64,000 bases of DNA from Deltaproteobacteria bacterium (GTDB lineage Bacteria > Desulfobacterota > Deferrimicrobia > Deferrimicrobiales > Deferrimicrobiaceae): contig JAKALO010000001.1 of the NCBI GenBank assembly GCA_021824125.1, forward strand, positions 9,722 to 73,721, in the 5' to 3' direction. Positions within the stretch are counted from its first letter, which is position 1; the number at the start of each line of letters is the position of its first letter. Positions 9,157 to 21,553 of this stretch are shown in pieces. A program made the translations under genes and the position numbers. The notes below the pieces were generated by a model. It did not search any database. It was given only the letters and a program-made list of their open reading frames with translations, and was not told the DNA's origin.

Positions 9157-9851
9157 AGGTAGGCTTCCTTGACGTGGGGGTCGGCCAGGAGCTCCTTCCC
9201 CGTACCCTGGAGGACGACGCTGCCGTTTTCCAGGACATAGGCGCGGTCGCAGAGCGCAAGCGTCTGCCGAACGTTCTGCTCGACGAGGAGGACGGTCACC
9301 CCCTCCTTGTTGATCCGCTTGACGATGTTGAAGACGTCCTCGACGAGGATAGGGGCCAGCCCGAGGGACGGCTCGTCGAACATGAGCAACCTGGGCAATG
9401 CCATAAGCCCTCGCCCGATCGCGCACATCTGCTGCTCACCGCCGCTCAAAGTCCCCGCCGCCTGCTTCCTCCGTTCCTTCATCCTCGGGAAGAGTTCGTA
9501 GACCCACGCCAGGGTTTCCCTCCGCTTCTTTCTTGCCTCGGGGGCCAGGGACCCCATGACCATGTTCTCCTCGACGGACATCTCGCGGAATAGACGCCTC
9601 GCCTCCGGGACATGGACAACCCCGTGACCGATGATCCGGTCGGCGGGCAACCGGTCCAGCCGGACGCCGTCGAAAACGATCGTTCCGGCCTTCGGCCGCA
9701 GGAGCCCCGAGATGGTCTTCAAGGTGGTCGACTTCCCGGCCCCGTTTGCGCCCACGAGCACCACGATCTCCTTTTCGCGCACCTCGAAGGAGGAGCCCCA
9801 GAGCACCTGGAGGTCGCCGTAGAAGACGTCGATGGCGTCGACCTTAAGCAT
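9147..9851 (-). CDS. livF: Branched-chain amino acid ABC transporter ATP-binding protein
   Basis: 234-aa ABC ATPase (GANGAGKST, LSGGEQQM) and the last gene of the liv operon. Its stop codon lies inside the right inverted-repeat arm of the element above. Confidence 0.9.
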   Translation of the reverse strand: MLKVDAIDVFYGDLQVLWGSSFEVREKEIVVLVGANGAGKSTTLKTISGLLRPKAGTIVFDGVRLDRLPADRIIGHGVVHVPEARRLFREMSVEENMVMGSLAPEARKKRRETLAWVYELFPRMKERRKQAAGTLSGGEQQMCAIGRGLMALPRLLMFDEPSLGLAPILVEDVFNIVKRINKEGVTVLLVEQNVRQTLALCDRAYVLENGSVVLQGTGKELLADPHVKEAYLGL

Positions 9852-10563
9852 AGTCCGTCCCCAGGTAGGCCTCGATCACATCCTTGTTCTGCGCCACTTC
9901 CTGCGGAGTCCCCTCGGCGATGGTCTGACCGAAGTTGATCGCGTGGATGCGGTCGGAAATCGTCATTATCACGTGCATGATGTGCTCGATGATGATGATG
10001 GTGGTGCCGCTGTCCCGGATCTTCCTGATGAGATCGATCGCCTCCAGGAGCTCCGTCGGGTTGAGTCCCGCCGCCGTCTCGTCCAGCAGCAGGAGGTCCG
10101 GGCCGGTGGCCATCGCCCGCGTGATCTCCAGCCGCTTGCGCCCCGCGATCGGCAACGACCTGGCCAGCACGTCCTTTACGGAGGAGAGGCCGCAGAACTC
10201 GATGGCCTTGAGCGCCTTTTCCCGCGCTTCCTGCATCGCATTGCACCGGGAAAACGCCGCGGCGATGACGTTGTCGAAAACGCTCATGCGGCCCAGCGGC
10301 TTCACGACCTGGAATGTCCTCCCGATCCCCAGCTTGCAGATCCGGTGGGTCGGAAGATTGTGGATCTCCCGCTCCTTGTAGAGGACCCTGCCCGAAGTGG
10401 GACGGTGGTACCCGCTGATCATGTTGAAGGTGGTCGTTTTCCCGGAGCCGTTGGGGCCGATCAGGCCGAAGATTTCCCCCTGACTCACCTCGAACGTGAC
10501 GCCGTTCACCGCGGCAAGCCCGCCGAAGTACTTGACGAGTTTTTCAACCTTGAAGTAGGCCAC
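9844..10563 (-). CDS. livG: Branched-chain amino acid ABC transporter ATP-binding protein
   Basis: 239-aa ABC ATPase (GPNGSGKTT), GTG start, 8-nt overlap with livF. Confidence 0.9.
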   Translation of the reverse strand: MAYFKVEKLVKYFGGLAAVNGVTFEVSQGEIFGLIGPNGSGKTTTFNMISGYHRPTSGRVLYKEREIHNLPTHRICKLGIGRTFQVVKPLGRMSVFDNVIAAAFSRCNAMQEAREKALKAIEFCGLSSVKDVLARSLPIAGRKRLEITRAMATGPDLLLLDETAAGLNPTELLEAIDLIRKIRDSGTTIIIIEHIMHVIMTISDRIHAINFGQTIAEGTPQEVAQNKDVIEAYLGTDYA

Positions 10564-10573
10564 GTGCGGCTCC

Positions 10574-11578
10574 TTACACCGCGGTTTTCATGCGAAACAC
10601 GCTCTTCCTGATCTTCGGCCAGTCGCCCACGATCCCGTTGGGCAGCACCAGGATGACCACGACAACCAGGATTCCGAACCCGAGAACGTGCGCGCCGGTG
10701 ACCGCCTCGGCGAGCACACCGAGTGCGTCGGATCCAGTAACAATCGCGAGATACTTGAGGAGCCCGAAGAATCCGGAACGGAACAGCTCCTGGACCGTGA
10801 CCATGAGAAAAGCGCCCACCATCGGCCCGTAGACCGTCCCGACCCCTCCCACGATGCCCACGAGTATGGCCATGATGGAGATGTCGTGGAGGGAAAACAC
10901 CACCTCGGGATCGATGAACCCCATGTAGTTCATGTAGAGTGCTCCCGCCACCCCGGTCCAGAAGGCCGCGATGCCCAGCGAGAGCATCTTGTAGAAATGG
11001 GTGTCGATCCCGAGACTTTCCGCCGCGTCCTGGTCCTCCCGGATCGAGACGAAGTAATACCCGGGCTTGGCGTGGACGACCCAGTGGATGCTGAGCATGC
11101 TGAAGGCCGCCAGCGCCAGGGCCACGTAATAGTAGGGGACCTTCGACACGAAGGAGGGCATGATCAGGATGCCCACCATGCCGCCGGTGAATCCTTCCGC
11201 GATCGTCGCGGCGTGCCGCAGGACCTCGTTCAGCGCGAGGGTGGCCAGCGCGAAGTAGGCGCCCCGCATCCGGAAGCAGATCCAGCCGAATGGGAGCCCC
11301 ACCGCCACCGCGACGAATCCCCCGATGGCCAGTCCCCACCACGCGGAGACCTGGAGATGCGTGGACAGAAGCCCCGCGGCGTACGCGCCGCTGCCGAAAA
11401 AGGCGGCATCCCCGAAGGAAACCTGGCCGGTGTACCCGGCGATGAGGTTCCACGCCGACCCGATGACCACCCACATCAGGAACAGGATCATCAGGTGGCG
11501 ATAGTAATTGTCCTTGACGACGAGAGGAAAGAACGCGAGGACGGCCAGCACGAGCAGGGCCACCAGTTTCTTTTTCAC
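10574..11578 (-). CDS. livM: Branched-chain amino acid ABC transporter permease
   Basis: 334-aa polytopic membrane protein of the LivM type. Confidence 0.85.
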   Translation of the reverse strand: MKKKLVALLVLAVLAFFPLVVKDNYYRHLMILFLMWVVIGSAWNLIAGYTGQVSFGDAAFFGSGAYAAGLLSTHLQVSAWWGLAIGGFVAVAVGLPFGWICFRMRGAYFALATLALNEVLRHAATIAEGFTGGMVGILIMPSFVSKVPYYYVALALAAFSMLSIHWVVHAKPGYYFVSIREDQDAAESLGIDTHFYKMLSLGIAAFWTGVAGALYMNYMGFIDPEVVFSLHDISIMAILVGIVGGVGTVYGPMVGAFLMVTVQELFRSGFFGLLKYLAIVTGSDALGVLAEAVTGAHVLGFGILVVVVILVLPNGIVGDWPKIRKSVFRMKTAV

Positions 11579-11592
11579 GCGCCGGCTTCCCC

Positions 11593-12465
11593 CTATATTT
11601 TCGTCAGGCGCTTGAAGCCGCCGGGCAGGAAGAGCAGGACCAGCACGAAGATGGTCATCCCGATGATGTTCTCGTAATCCATGCTTATATAGGTGGCCCC
11701 GAAGCTCTCGGCGAGCCCGAGGGTGACCCCCCCGAAGATGGCCCCGACGGTCGACCCGAGGCCGCCGAGGATGGTGATGATGAAGGCCCTGGCAGTGAAC
11801 GGCCCTCCGATGTCAGGAAACACGTAGTACACGGGGGCGAGGAGGCACCCCGCGGCCGCCACGAGTCCCGAGCCGAGGCCGAACGTGATGATCGTGATCC
11901 GCCCGGTGTTTACCCCCATCAGGACCGCGGCGTCCTTGTCCTGGGCGGTCGCCCGGATCGAACGGCCGATGTCCGTCTTTATGAGGAAGAAGAACATGGC
12001 GACGGTAAAAGCGATGGCGATGATAAAGGAGATCCCCAGCGCGATGCTGAAGGAGATGTTACCCAGGAAAAACGTCGCGTTCGAGTAACCGGTGCTCACC
12101 GACTTGTAGTCCGACTTGAAGATGAACCGGATGATCTCGGTTAGAACCATACCGATCCCCACGGTCATGAGGACCTGGTTTTCGGGAAGGATCGTGTCCA
12201 CCTTCAGGAGGGGATTCAAAAGGAAGCGCTGGATCAGGCAGCCGAGGAGGAACAGGGCCGGCATGGCGACGAAGAGTGATATGTACGGGTCTACGCCGGC
12301 AAGGTGCAGGACGTAGGTGATGTACATCGCCACCATCATCAACTGGCCGTGCGCCAGGTTGATGATGCCCATGACGCCCATGATGAGCGTCATGCCGATA
12401 CCGATCAGCGCGTACAGCCCGCCCTTGAGGATGCCCGCGACGAGGGTCTGGAGAAAAACATCCAT
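11593..12465 (-). CDS. livH: Branched-chain amino acid ABC transporter permease
   Basis: 290-aa polytopic permease of the LivH type. Confidence 0.85.
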   Translation of the reverse strand: MDVFLQTLVAGILKGGLYALIGIGMTLIMGVMGIINLAHGQLMMVAMYITYVLHLAGVDPYISLFVAMPALFLLGCLIQRFLLNPLLKVDTILPENQVLMTVGIGMVLTEIIRFIFKSDYKSVSTGYSNATFFLGNISFSIALGISFIIAIAFTVAMFFFLIKTDIGRSIRATAQDKDAAVLMGVNTGRITIITFGLGSGLVAAAGCLLAPVYYVFPDIGGPFTARAFIITILGGLGSTVGAIFGGVTLGLAESFGATYISMDYENIIGMTIFVLVLLFLPGGFKRLTKI

Positions 12466-12498
12466 CAGAACTCCGGTGTCGGGCCCAGGAACCGGTTA

Positions 12499-12534
12499 AT
12501 AAAAAGGCCGGGCGGTTGTAATAAGGCCGCCCGA
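12499..12534 (-). terminator. Rho-independent terminator / intra-operon attenuator between livK and livHMGF
   Basis: On the minus strand a 7-bp GC stem (CGGGCGG/CCGCCCG, 11-nt loop) is followed by TTTTTATT. It sits 36 nt after the livK stop and before livH. Confidence 0.5.
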
Positions 12535-12569
12535 CCTGGACGGGTGTTCGACTTCCGCTTGCGGCTGGC

Positions 12570-13769
12570 CTACTTCCGTTCGTTCCACTTGGGAACGGGA
12601 AAAATGAATTTCTTGTCCGCGACTCCCTTGGGCCACACGGTCTCCAGGCTCCCCTTCTGCCACTGCACCAGGAAGGTGGGGATCTTGTTCTGCTGGGTCT
12701 TCTTGTCGTAGGAGACGAACTTCACGGGACCGAAGGCGGTCTTCATGTCGGTCGTCGCGAGGGCATCGCGGACGTCTTTCGGCGTGATCGTCTTCGCCCG
12801 CTTGAGGGCGTCGGCGACGACGTAAAGCGAAGCGTACGCCTCGGCGCCGTGGTACTCGGTGTCTTCCTTGTATTTCTTCGCGTACTTGTCGAAGTATTCC
12901 CGGGCGCCGGGGTAAGGGGCGGTTTCCACCCAAAGGGCGGCTGAGAACACGTACTCGGCCGCGTCACCCGCGTTCTTATGGAACTCGGGAAGCGTGAAGC
13001 CGGCCCCCCCCCCTATGAAGAGCTTGGGGTTGAGGTCCAGTTCCTTCGCCTGGCGCATCAGGAGGGACGCATCCATGACGTAGGAAACCATGTAGACCAG
13101 GTCGGGGTTCAACGACTTCACTTTCGTCAGAAGCGGCTTGAAGTCGACGGCTCCCTTGTGGTACCCCTCCTTCGCGACAACATCGATCTTGAGCTTCTGG
13201 CAATCCTCCTCGAACGACTTCGAGCTGGACTGGCCGAAGAGGGAATTCTCGTATAGGATGACGGCCGTCTTGGGCTTTACCACCTGCTCCAGGAAGGTGA
13301 CGACCGCAGCCGGGTATTCGCTGGCGGGCGGGTTGATCCGGAAGACGTAATCGTACCCGCTCTCCGTGATCTTGTCCGCCGACCCGGTGGTGACCATGAA
13401 GGGGACCTTGAACTGCTGGGCCACGGCAGTCGCCGCCGCGGTGACGGAACTGGAGTACCCGCCGGTCAGGACCGGGACCTTTTCCCGGGAAATCAGCTTC
13501 TCCACGGCGGACCGGCCCACGTCGGGCTTTCCCGTGTCGTCCTCGAAGAGAAGCTCCAGCTTTTTCCCGTTGACGCCGCCTTTGCCGTTGATCTCCTCCG
13601 CCGCCATTTCGAACGAGCGTTTCTCGATCTCGCCGAACTTCGCCTGCTCACCGGTCAGCGGGAGAACGATCCCGACCTTTAAGGTCTCGGCGGCCACGAC
13701 GACGCTTCCGATGCATAACCCCAGAACGACCGCGAATACTGCAAAGACCAGTTTTCTCCCTGTGCTCAT
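12570..13769 (-). CDS. livK: Branched-chain amino acid ABC transporter substrate-binding protein (LivK/LivJ family)
   Basis: ATG at 13769 with a GGAGGA SD and a signal peptide (MSTGRKLVFAVFAVVLGLCIGSVVVAA). Type I periplasmic binding fold. The ORF track start at 13850 is rejected. Confidence 0.85.
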   Translation of the reverse strand: MSTGRKLVFAVFAVVLGLCIGSVVVAAETLKVGIVLPLTGEQAKFGEIEKRSFEMAAEEINGKGGVNGKKLELLFEDDTGKPDVGRSAVEKLISREKVPVLTGGYSSSVTAAATAVAQQFKVPFMVTTGSADKITESGYDYVFRINPPASEYPAAVVTFLEQVVKPKTAVILYENSLFGQSSSKSFEEDCQKLKIDVVAKEGYHKGAVDFKPLLTKVKSLNPDLVYMVSYVMDASLLMRQAKELDLNPKLFIGGGAGFTLPEFHKNAGDAAEYVFSAALWVETAPYPGAREYFDKYAKKYKEDTEYHGAEAYASLYVVADALKRAKTITPKDVRDALATTDMKTAFGPVKFVSYDKKTQQNKIPTFLVQWQKGSLETVWPKGVADKKFIFPVPKWNERK

Positions 13770-13804
13770 TTGCTCCTCCGAAGGCCGATATTGTTGATAT
13801 TCCT

Positions 13805-13841
13805 GAAGTGAACCGCGGATCGATTTTAACCGGTTCACTTC
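13805..13841. promoter_or_regulatory. 12-bp perfect inverted repeat GAAGTGAACCGG-N13-CCGGTTCACTTC, 36 nt upstream of the livK start codon
   Basis: Seen directly. It lies between the fabG-like stop (13921) and the livK start (13769). No T-run follows on the minus strand, so an operator is more likely than a terminator. Confidence 0.35.
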
Positions 13842-13920
13842 GATGGACAAATGGATAATACCATAATAGTGACGGATACCAACCGCGATTTTTACAGGTA
13901 AAACAGGGCTTACCGTGGTC

Positions 13921-14679
13921 TCACCCCGGCATGTTCAGCCCACCGTTCACGCTCAGCACCTGCCCGGTGATGTAGGAGGCCTCGTCCGAAGCGAGGAAAC
14001 GGATGGCCGCCGCGATCTCCTCCGGCTTCCCCAGCCTCCGGAACGGGATCCCCCGCTTGATCGCCTCGATGACCTTTTCCCCGTCCCGCGTTCCGAAGTT
14101 TTCCGAGATGAAAGGGGTATCGGTCGGCCCGGGGCAGAGGCAGTTGACCCGGATCCCGTGCTGGGCGACCTCGCGCGCAATGGCCTTCGTGAACGCGATC
14201 ACGCCGCCCTTGGCGGCGGAGTATACCGCCTCGCCCGAACTTCCCACCCGTCCTGCGTCCGATCCCAGGTTCACGATCGAACCGCCTTCCTTCCCGTCGA
14301 TCATCGCCTCGAGGGCGACGAGCGTCCCGTGTATAACGCCCATGAGGTTGATCCCGAGCACCTTCTCCCAGTCCGCGGGAACGGTGGACAGGAACGGGGT
14401 GACCCGGTCCCACCCGGCGTTGTTCACCCAGATGTCCAGGCGGCCGAAGCTCTCCAGCACTTTCCTCCCCGCTTCCCGTACCTGCGGTAAAACGGCAACG
14501 TCCGTCCGGATGAAGAGGGCCCGCGCGCCGGCCTTCTGCCCCACCAGGCAGAGGTGATCCGCCATGTCGTCGCGAACGTCCGCGACCGCCACGTGGACCC
14601 CTTCGGCCAAAAACCGCCTGGCCGCCGCGAAGCCGATGCCGCGCGAGCCCCCGGTGACGACCGCCACTTTTCCTTTCAT
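13921..14679 (-). CDS. SDR-family oxidoreductase (3-oxoacyl-ACP reductase-like)
   Basis: TGGSRGIG Rossmann motif and catalytic YSAAK. Strong AGGAGG SD upstream. Confidence 0.85.
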   Translation of the reverse strand: MKGKVAVVTGGSRGIGFAAARRFLAEGVHVAVADVRDDMADHLCLVGQKAGARALFIRTDVAVLPQVREAGRKVLESFGRLDIWVNNAGWDRVTPFLSTVPADWEKVLGINLMGVIHGTLVALEAMIDGKEGGSIVNLGSDAGRVGSSGEAVYSAAKGGVIAFTKAIAREVAQHGIRVNCLCPGPTDTPFISENFGTRDGEKVIEAIKRGIPFRRLGKPEEIAAAIRFLASDEASYITGQVLSVNGGLNMPG

Positions 14680-14797
14680 TTACGTAAACCTCCTCCTTGG
14701 GGACAATCCCGATCCTTAGCGCCCGATATCGCCAGGAGCGTCCCACACCAAGCGTAACATTGACAATTCCCACTGGCTATACTACCGTTTTTCCCAT

Positions 14798-15526
14798 ATG
14801 TTTCCGGCGCGCCACTTCCTTGCCATCGGGGCCTTCTCCCTGCTGGCTATACTCCCCGCCTGCACCGAAAAACTGGCGAAGCAGACCGGGCTCACCGCAC
14901 AGGACCTGTACACAAGGGGTCAACAGAAATCCGCGGCTGGCAAGCCGGGCGCCGCAGGCGAGGCGTTCCAGGTCCTCCTCGAGCGGTTCCCCAACTCCCC
15001 CCTGGCCGCGAAAGCCCAGCTGGGCCTGGCCGATGCCCGCATGGAGAACAAGGAGGACCTCGAGGCGGAGGTCGCCTTCGACGATTTCATCCGCCTGTAC
15101 CCTGCGAACGACAACATATCCTACGCCCTATACCGGAAAGGGGAACTGCTCGCCAGGCAGGTGCCCGACACCGGCCGGGACCAGAGCAAGACCGTGGAGG
15201 CGGTGAAGGCGTTCACGCTGGCGCGTGAGAAAAACCCGAACGGACCCTACGCGGAAAAAGCCGCCGCGAAAATCGGCCGGCTGCGCAACCGGCTCGCGGA
15301 GCACGAGAGCAACGTGGCCTCCCACTACCTCCGCCGCAGGAATTACGAGAGCGCCGAGGTCCGCGCCAGGCGTGCGGTTTCGGACTACCCCGACACCACC
15401 GCCACCCCCCTCCTGATGTCCATCCTCGCGAAGGCGGTGGAGAAGCAGGGCAGGAAGGAGGAGGCAGGCGAGATACGCGGTACCCTCGCCGAAAAGTTTC
15501 CCTCTGGCGGAGGTAAAAAACCTTGA
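14798..15526 (+). CDS. bamD: Outer membrane protein assembly factor BamD-like TPR lipoprotein
   Basis: Lipobox LAILPAC followed by TPR repeats; length and layout fit BamD/YfiO. Confidence 0.65.
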   Translation: MFPARHFLAIGAFSLLAILPACTEKLAKQTGLTAQDLYTRGQQKSAAGKPGAAGEAFQVLLERFPNSPLAAKAQLGLADARMENKEDLEAEVAFDDFIRLYPANDNISYALYRKGELLARQVPDTGRDQSKTVEAVKAFTLAREKNPNGPYAEKAAAKIGRLRNRLAEHESNVASHYLRRRNYESAEVRARRAVSDYPDTTATPLLMSILAKAVEKQGRKEEAGEIRGTLAEKFPSGGGKKP

Positions 15527-16239
15527 ACCGCGACCTCTCTACGCTCATCACCATCGGGAAGCGTGCCTTCGAGGAAAGGGACTTCTTCCGCGCGGAGAAA
15601 CTGCTGCGCGAGGCGCTGGGGGGCGGGGCGAACTACCCGGACATCCACTACATCCTGGGCCTGATCTATCACCAGTGGGGAAAACTCCACCAGGCAATCG
15701 AGTATCTCGAGAAGTCCATCGAGCTCAATCCGGGATACACGGAGGCGCTGCTTTCCCTATCCATAACCCTCAACGACATGGGCCGGTACGAGGAGGCGAA
15801 GGCCGTCTACCAGCGGGCGAGCGCATCCGTATCGCCCCCCGGCGAGCACACGCGGTGCGGCCTGTTCCGCGGGAAGATCGCGAACCTGCACGCGGAGCTC
15901 GGCGGTCTGTACGTCGCGCTGGGGCAGACCGAGGACGCGATCCATGAGTACCGGAAAGCCCTGTCCGTCGCCCCGGAGTACCCGGACCTTCGCATACGCC
16001 TTGCGGCGGCCCTGCGGGAGGCGGGCCTTCTGGAGGAAGGACTGGCGGAGATCGTGCACGTCCTGGAAAACCGCCCCGGTGAAGTCTCGGCGCTGATCCA
16101 GCAAGGGATCCTGCTCTACCTGCTGGGAAAAAAGGAGAATGCCCGCCGTGCGTGGGAGGAGGCCCTGTTCCGCGACCCGCTGAACAAGCTCATCCAGCTC
16201 TACCTGCACACCCTGGAGCGGGAAGCCTCCGGGGCTTAA
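15523..16239 (+). CDS. TPR-repeat protein
   Basis: TTG start overlapping the bamD stop, with a GGAGG SD. Multiple TPR units (YHQWGKLHQAIEYLEKSIELNPGY...). Confidence 0.6.
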   Translation: MNRDLSTLITIGKRAFEERDFFRAEKLLREALGGGANYPDIHYILGLIYHQWGKLHQAIEYLEKSIELNPGYTEALLSLSITLNDMGRYEEAKAVYQRASASVSPPGEHTRCGLFRGKIANLHAELGGLYVALGQTEDAIHEYRKALSVAPEYPDLRIRLAAALREAGLLEEGLAEIVHVLENRPGEVSALIQQGILLYLLGKKENARRAWEEALFRDPLNKLIQLYLHTLEREASGA

Positions 16240-16250
16240 CCCCTCCGGGG

Positions 16251-18881
<2,631 letters not shown>

Positions 18882-18898
18882 TGTCGGCTTTTGTCCTC

Positions 18899-19348
18899 TC
18901 ATTCCTGGATGTCGGCAAAAAAAACCCCGATCGCCTTCCTGCACGCGTCCGGGGGAAACCCCCGCCCCGCAAGGAAACGGAACGCCTTCGCGGCCCCCTC
19001 ACGCCCGGGAGCAAGCCCGCCCCGGAACTTCTTACGCAGGGCGGCCGAAGCCGCGGCCAGCTCCTCCTCCGCCGAGGATGAGTTCCGCAACGCCTCCTCG
19101 ACCAGCGCGGGGGGAAACCTGCGCGCCCGAAGGGTCCATGCTATCTTCCCGGAGCCGTAGCCTCGCGTTTCGCGGTACGAACGGACCAGATGATCGCACA
19201 ACTTGGGGTCGTCCGCCAACCCGAGCTCCCGTAGCCTGCGTATGACACTTGCCGCCTCGACGTCCGGAAACCCTTTTTTCGAAAGCCTTTCCCGGATCTC
19301 CCCCTCGCTCAGGGACCGCCGGGAGAGCATCCACAAAGCGGCCCGCAT
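18899..19348 (-). CDS. recX: Regulatory protein RecX
   Basis: Three-helix RecX repeats. ATG at 19348; an alternative TTG at 19411 would overlap pilT. Confidence 0.75.
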   Translation of the reverse strand: MRAALWMLSRRSLSEGEIRERLSKKGFPDVEAASVIRRLRELGLADDPKLCDHLVRSYRETRGYGSGKIAWTLRARRFPPALVEEALRNSSSAEEELAAASAALRKKFRGGLAPGREGAAKAFRFLAGRGFPPDACRKAIGVFFADIQE

Positions 19349-19379
19349 CGCCCCGCCGGGCGTCCCTTCCGGGGTCCTG

Positions 19380-20507
19380 CTACTTCTTCGGCTGCTGCTC
19401 GTTCTTGTCAAAATCCTCCCAGCTCAGGTCGGATGTCGAGGACACCCCGCGGACGCGGAGCGCGAAGTCGTCCGGGTTCGACGCCTGCCGGAGCGCCTCC
19501 TCCAGGGTGATCAGCCCATCCTTGTGGAGCATCATGAGCGACTGGTCGAACGTCTGCATACCGTAGCTCGTGAATCCCTGCGAGATCGCCTCACGGATCT
19601 TCTTGGTTTTATCCTTGTCCTCGATGTACTCCTTGACCCTGGCGGTGTTGATCAGGACCTCGATAGCCGGGACGCGCCCCTTCCCGTCGGCCTTCGGCAC
19701 CAGGCGCTGGGAGATGACCGCCTTGAGTATGGAAGCCAGCTGGATCCGGACCTGCTTCTGCTGGTAAGGCGGGAAGGCGGCCACGACGCGGTTGATCGTC
19801 TCGCCGGCGTCGAGCGTGTGGAGCGTCGACAGGACGAGGTGCCCCGTCTCGGCGGCCGTGATGGCCGTCTCGATCGTCTCGAGGTCGCGCATCTCGCCGA
19901 CGAGGATAACGTCGGGGTCCTGGCGAAGGGCGCTCTTCAGCGCCCCCGAGAGCGAAACGGTGTCCACTCCCAGCTCCCTCTGGTTGATGATGCTCTTCCT
20001 GTCGCGGAGGAGGAACTCGATGGGGTCCTCGATCGTGATGATGTGGCAGCTGCGATGGCAGTTGATGTATTCGACGATGGAGGCCAGCGTCGTGGACTTC
20101 CCGCAGCCCGTTGTCCCCGTGCACAGGACCAGCCCGCGGGTTTCCATCGCGACCTTCTCGATGACCTTCGGCAGGTGCAGCTCCTCGAAGGACTGGACCC
20201 CGACCGGGACGACGCGGAGCACCATCCCGATGGTGCCCCGCTGGACGAAGATGTTGACGCGGAACCTCCCGAGCCCCGATACGCTGTAGGCGCAGTCCAG
20301 CTCCTGAAGGTGTTCGAACTTCTTGCGCTGTTCGTTGGTCAACATGCTCGCCGACATTGCCTGGAGGTCTTCCGCCCGCAGCGGCTCCTTCACCTTGAGT
20401 GGGACGAGCGTCCCGTGGATACGGAAAACCGGGAGCAGGCCCACCTTGAGGTGGACGTCGGAGGCCCCGTTCCGAACAGCCGACTTGAGGATCTCGTTCA
20501 GTTCCAT
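19380..20507 (-). CDS. pilT: Type IV pilus twitching motility ATPase PilT
   Basis: 375 aa. Canonical PilT motifs (GTTGCGKSTT, IITIEDPIEF, GHLVLSTLHT). SD AAAGGAG. Confidence 0.9.
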   Translation of the reverse strand: MELNEILKSAVRNGASDVHLKVGLLPVFRIHGTLVPLKVKEPLRAEDLQAMSASMLTNEQRKKFEHLQELDCAYSVSGLGRFRVNIFVQRGTIGMVLRVVPVGVQSFEELHLPKVIEKVAMETRGLVLCTGTTGCGKSTTLASIVEYINCHRSCHIITIEDPIEFLLRDRKSIINQRELGVDTVSLSGALKSALRQDPDVILVGEMRDLETIETAITAAETGHLVLSTLHTLDAGETINRVVAAFPPYQQKQVRIQLASILKAVISQRLVPKADGKGRVPAIEVLINTARVKEYIEDKDKTKKIREAISQGFTSYGMQTFDQSLMMLHKDGLITLEEALRQASNPDDFALRVRGVSSTSDLSWEDFDKNEQQPKK

Positions 20508-20521
20508 TCAGGGGGCTCCTT

Positions 20522-21553
20522 TCAGGGGGTTCCTTCCTTCGCGGCGCCACCGGAATCACCGATGCCGTAATGCGCCAGTATCTTCTTGCGCAGCTCGGAA
20601 GCGATTTCCGGGTGCTCCTTGAGGAAACCCCGGGCGTTCTCCCTCCCCTGCCCGATCCGCTCGCCGCCCAGGGAATACCACGCGCCGCTCTTCTCGACCA
20701 TGTCGAGCCCGGTCCCGACGTCCAGCAGGTCCCCTTCCCTCGAGATACCCTCCCCGTAGAGAATGTCGAACTCCGCCTCGCGGAACGGGGGGGCGAGCTT
20801 GTTCTTGACCACCTTCACGCGCGTATGGCTGCCTATGACCGCGTCGTCCTTCTTGATCTGCGTCACCCGGCGTATGTCCATCCGGACGGAGGCGTAGAAC
20901 TTGAGGGCGTTGCCGCCGGTCGTCGTCTCCGGATTGCCGAACATCACCCCGATCTTCATCCGGATCTGGTTTATGAATATGACCGCCGTATGCGACTTGC
21001 TTATCGTGGCCGTGAGTTTCCGCAGGGCCTGGGACATCAGGCGGGCCTGGAGGCCCATATGAGAGTCGCCCATCTCCCCCTCGATCTCCGCCTTGGGGAC
21101 GAGCGCGGCGACGGAGTCGATGACCAGCACGTCCAGCGCGCCGCTCCGCACGAGCATCTCGGCGATCTCGAGGGCCTGCTCCCCGGTGTCCGGCTGGGAG
21201 ATCAGCAGGTCCTCCGTTTTCAGGCCCAGCCTTCTAGCGTACCCGAGATCTAGCGCGTGCTCGGCGTCGATGAAGCCCGCGATGCCGCCCTGCCGCTGCG
21301 CCTCCGCGACGATGTGCAGCGCCAGCGTCGTCTTGCCGGAGGACTCCGGACCGAAGATCTCGGTCACCCTCCCGCGGGGGATGCCGCCGACCCCCAGCGC
21401 CACGTCGAGCGACAGCGCCCCGGTTGATATGACGGCGATGTCCTTCGCGGGGACGTCCGCACCGAGGCGCATGATCGCGCCCTTCCCGTAGTTCTTCTCG
21501 ATCGCCGAAAGCGCCATGTCGAGCGCCTTGCGGCGGTTCGCATCCTGGCTCAT
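20522..21553 (-). CDS. recA: Recombinase RecA
   Basis: 343 aa, unmistakable RecA ([40 protein letters not shown]). Confidence 0.95.
   Translation of the reverse strand: MSQDANRRKALDMALSAIEKNYGKGAIMRLGADVPAKDIAVISTGALSLDVALGVGGIPRGRVTEIFGPESSGKTTLALHIVAEAQRQGGIAGFIDAEHALDLGYARRLGLKTEDLLISQPDTGEQALEIAEMLVRSGALDVLVIDSVAALVPKAEIEGEMGDSHMGLQARLMSQALRKLTATISKSHTAVIFINQIRMKIGVMFGNPETTTGGNALKFYASVRMDIRRVTQIKKDDAVIGSHTRVKVVKNKLAPPFREAEFDILYGEGISREGDLLDVGTGLDMVEKSGAWYSLGGERIGQGRENARGFLKEHPEIASELRKKILAHYGIGDSGGAAKEGTP

Noticed and set aside
14760-14783. TTGACA ... TATACT pair upstream of bamD as a promoter
   Set aside because: The spacer between the hexamers is only 12 bp, and the TATACT lies about 15 nt from the bamD ATG. 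Not reported as a promoter, though one hexamer may belong to a real one.
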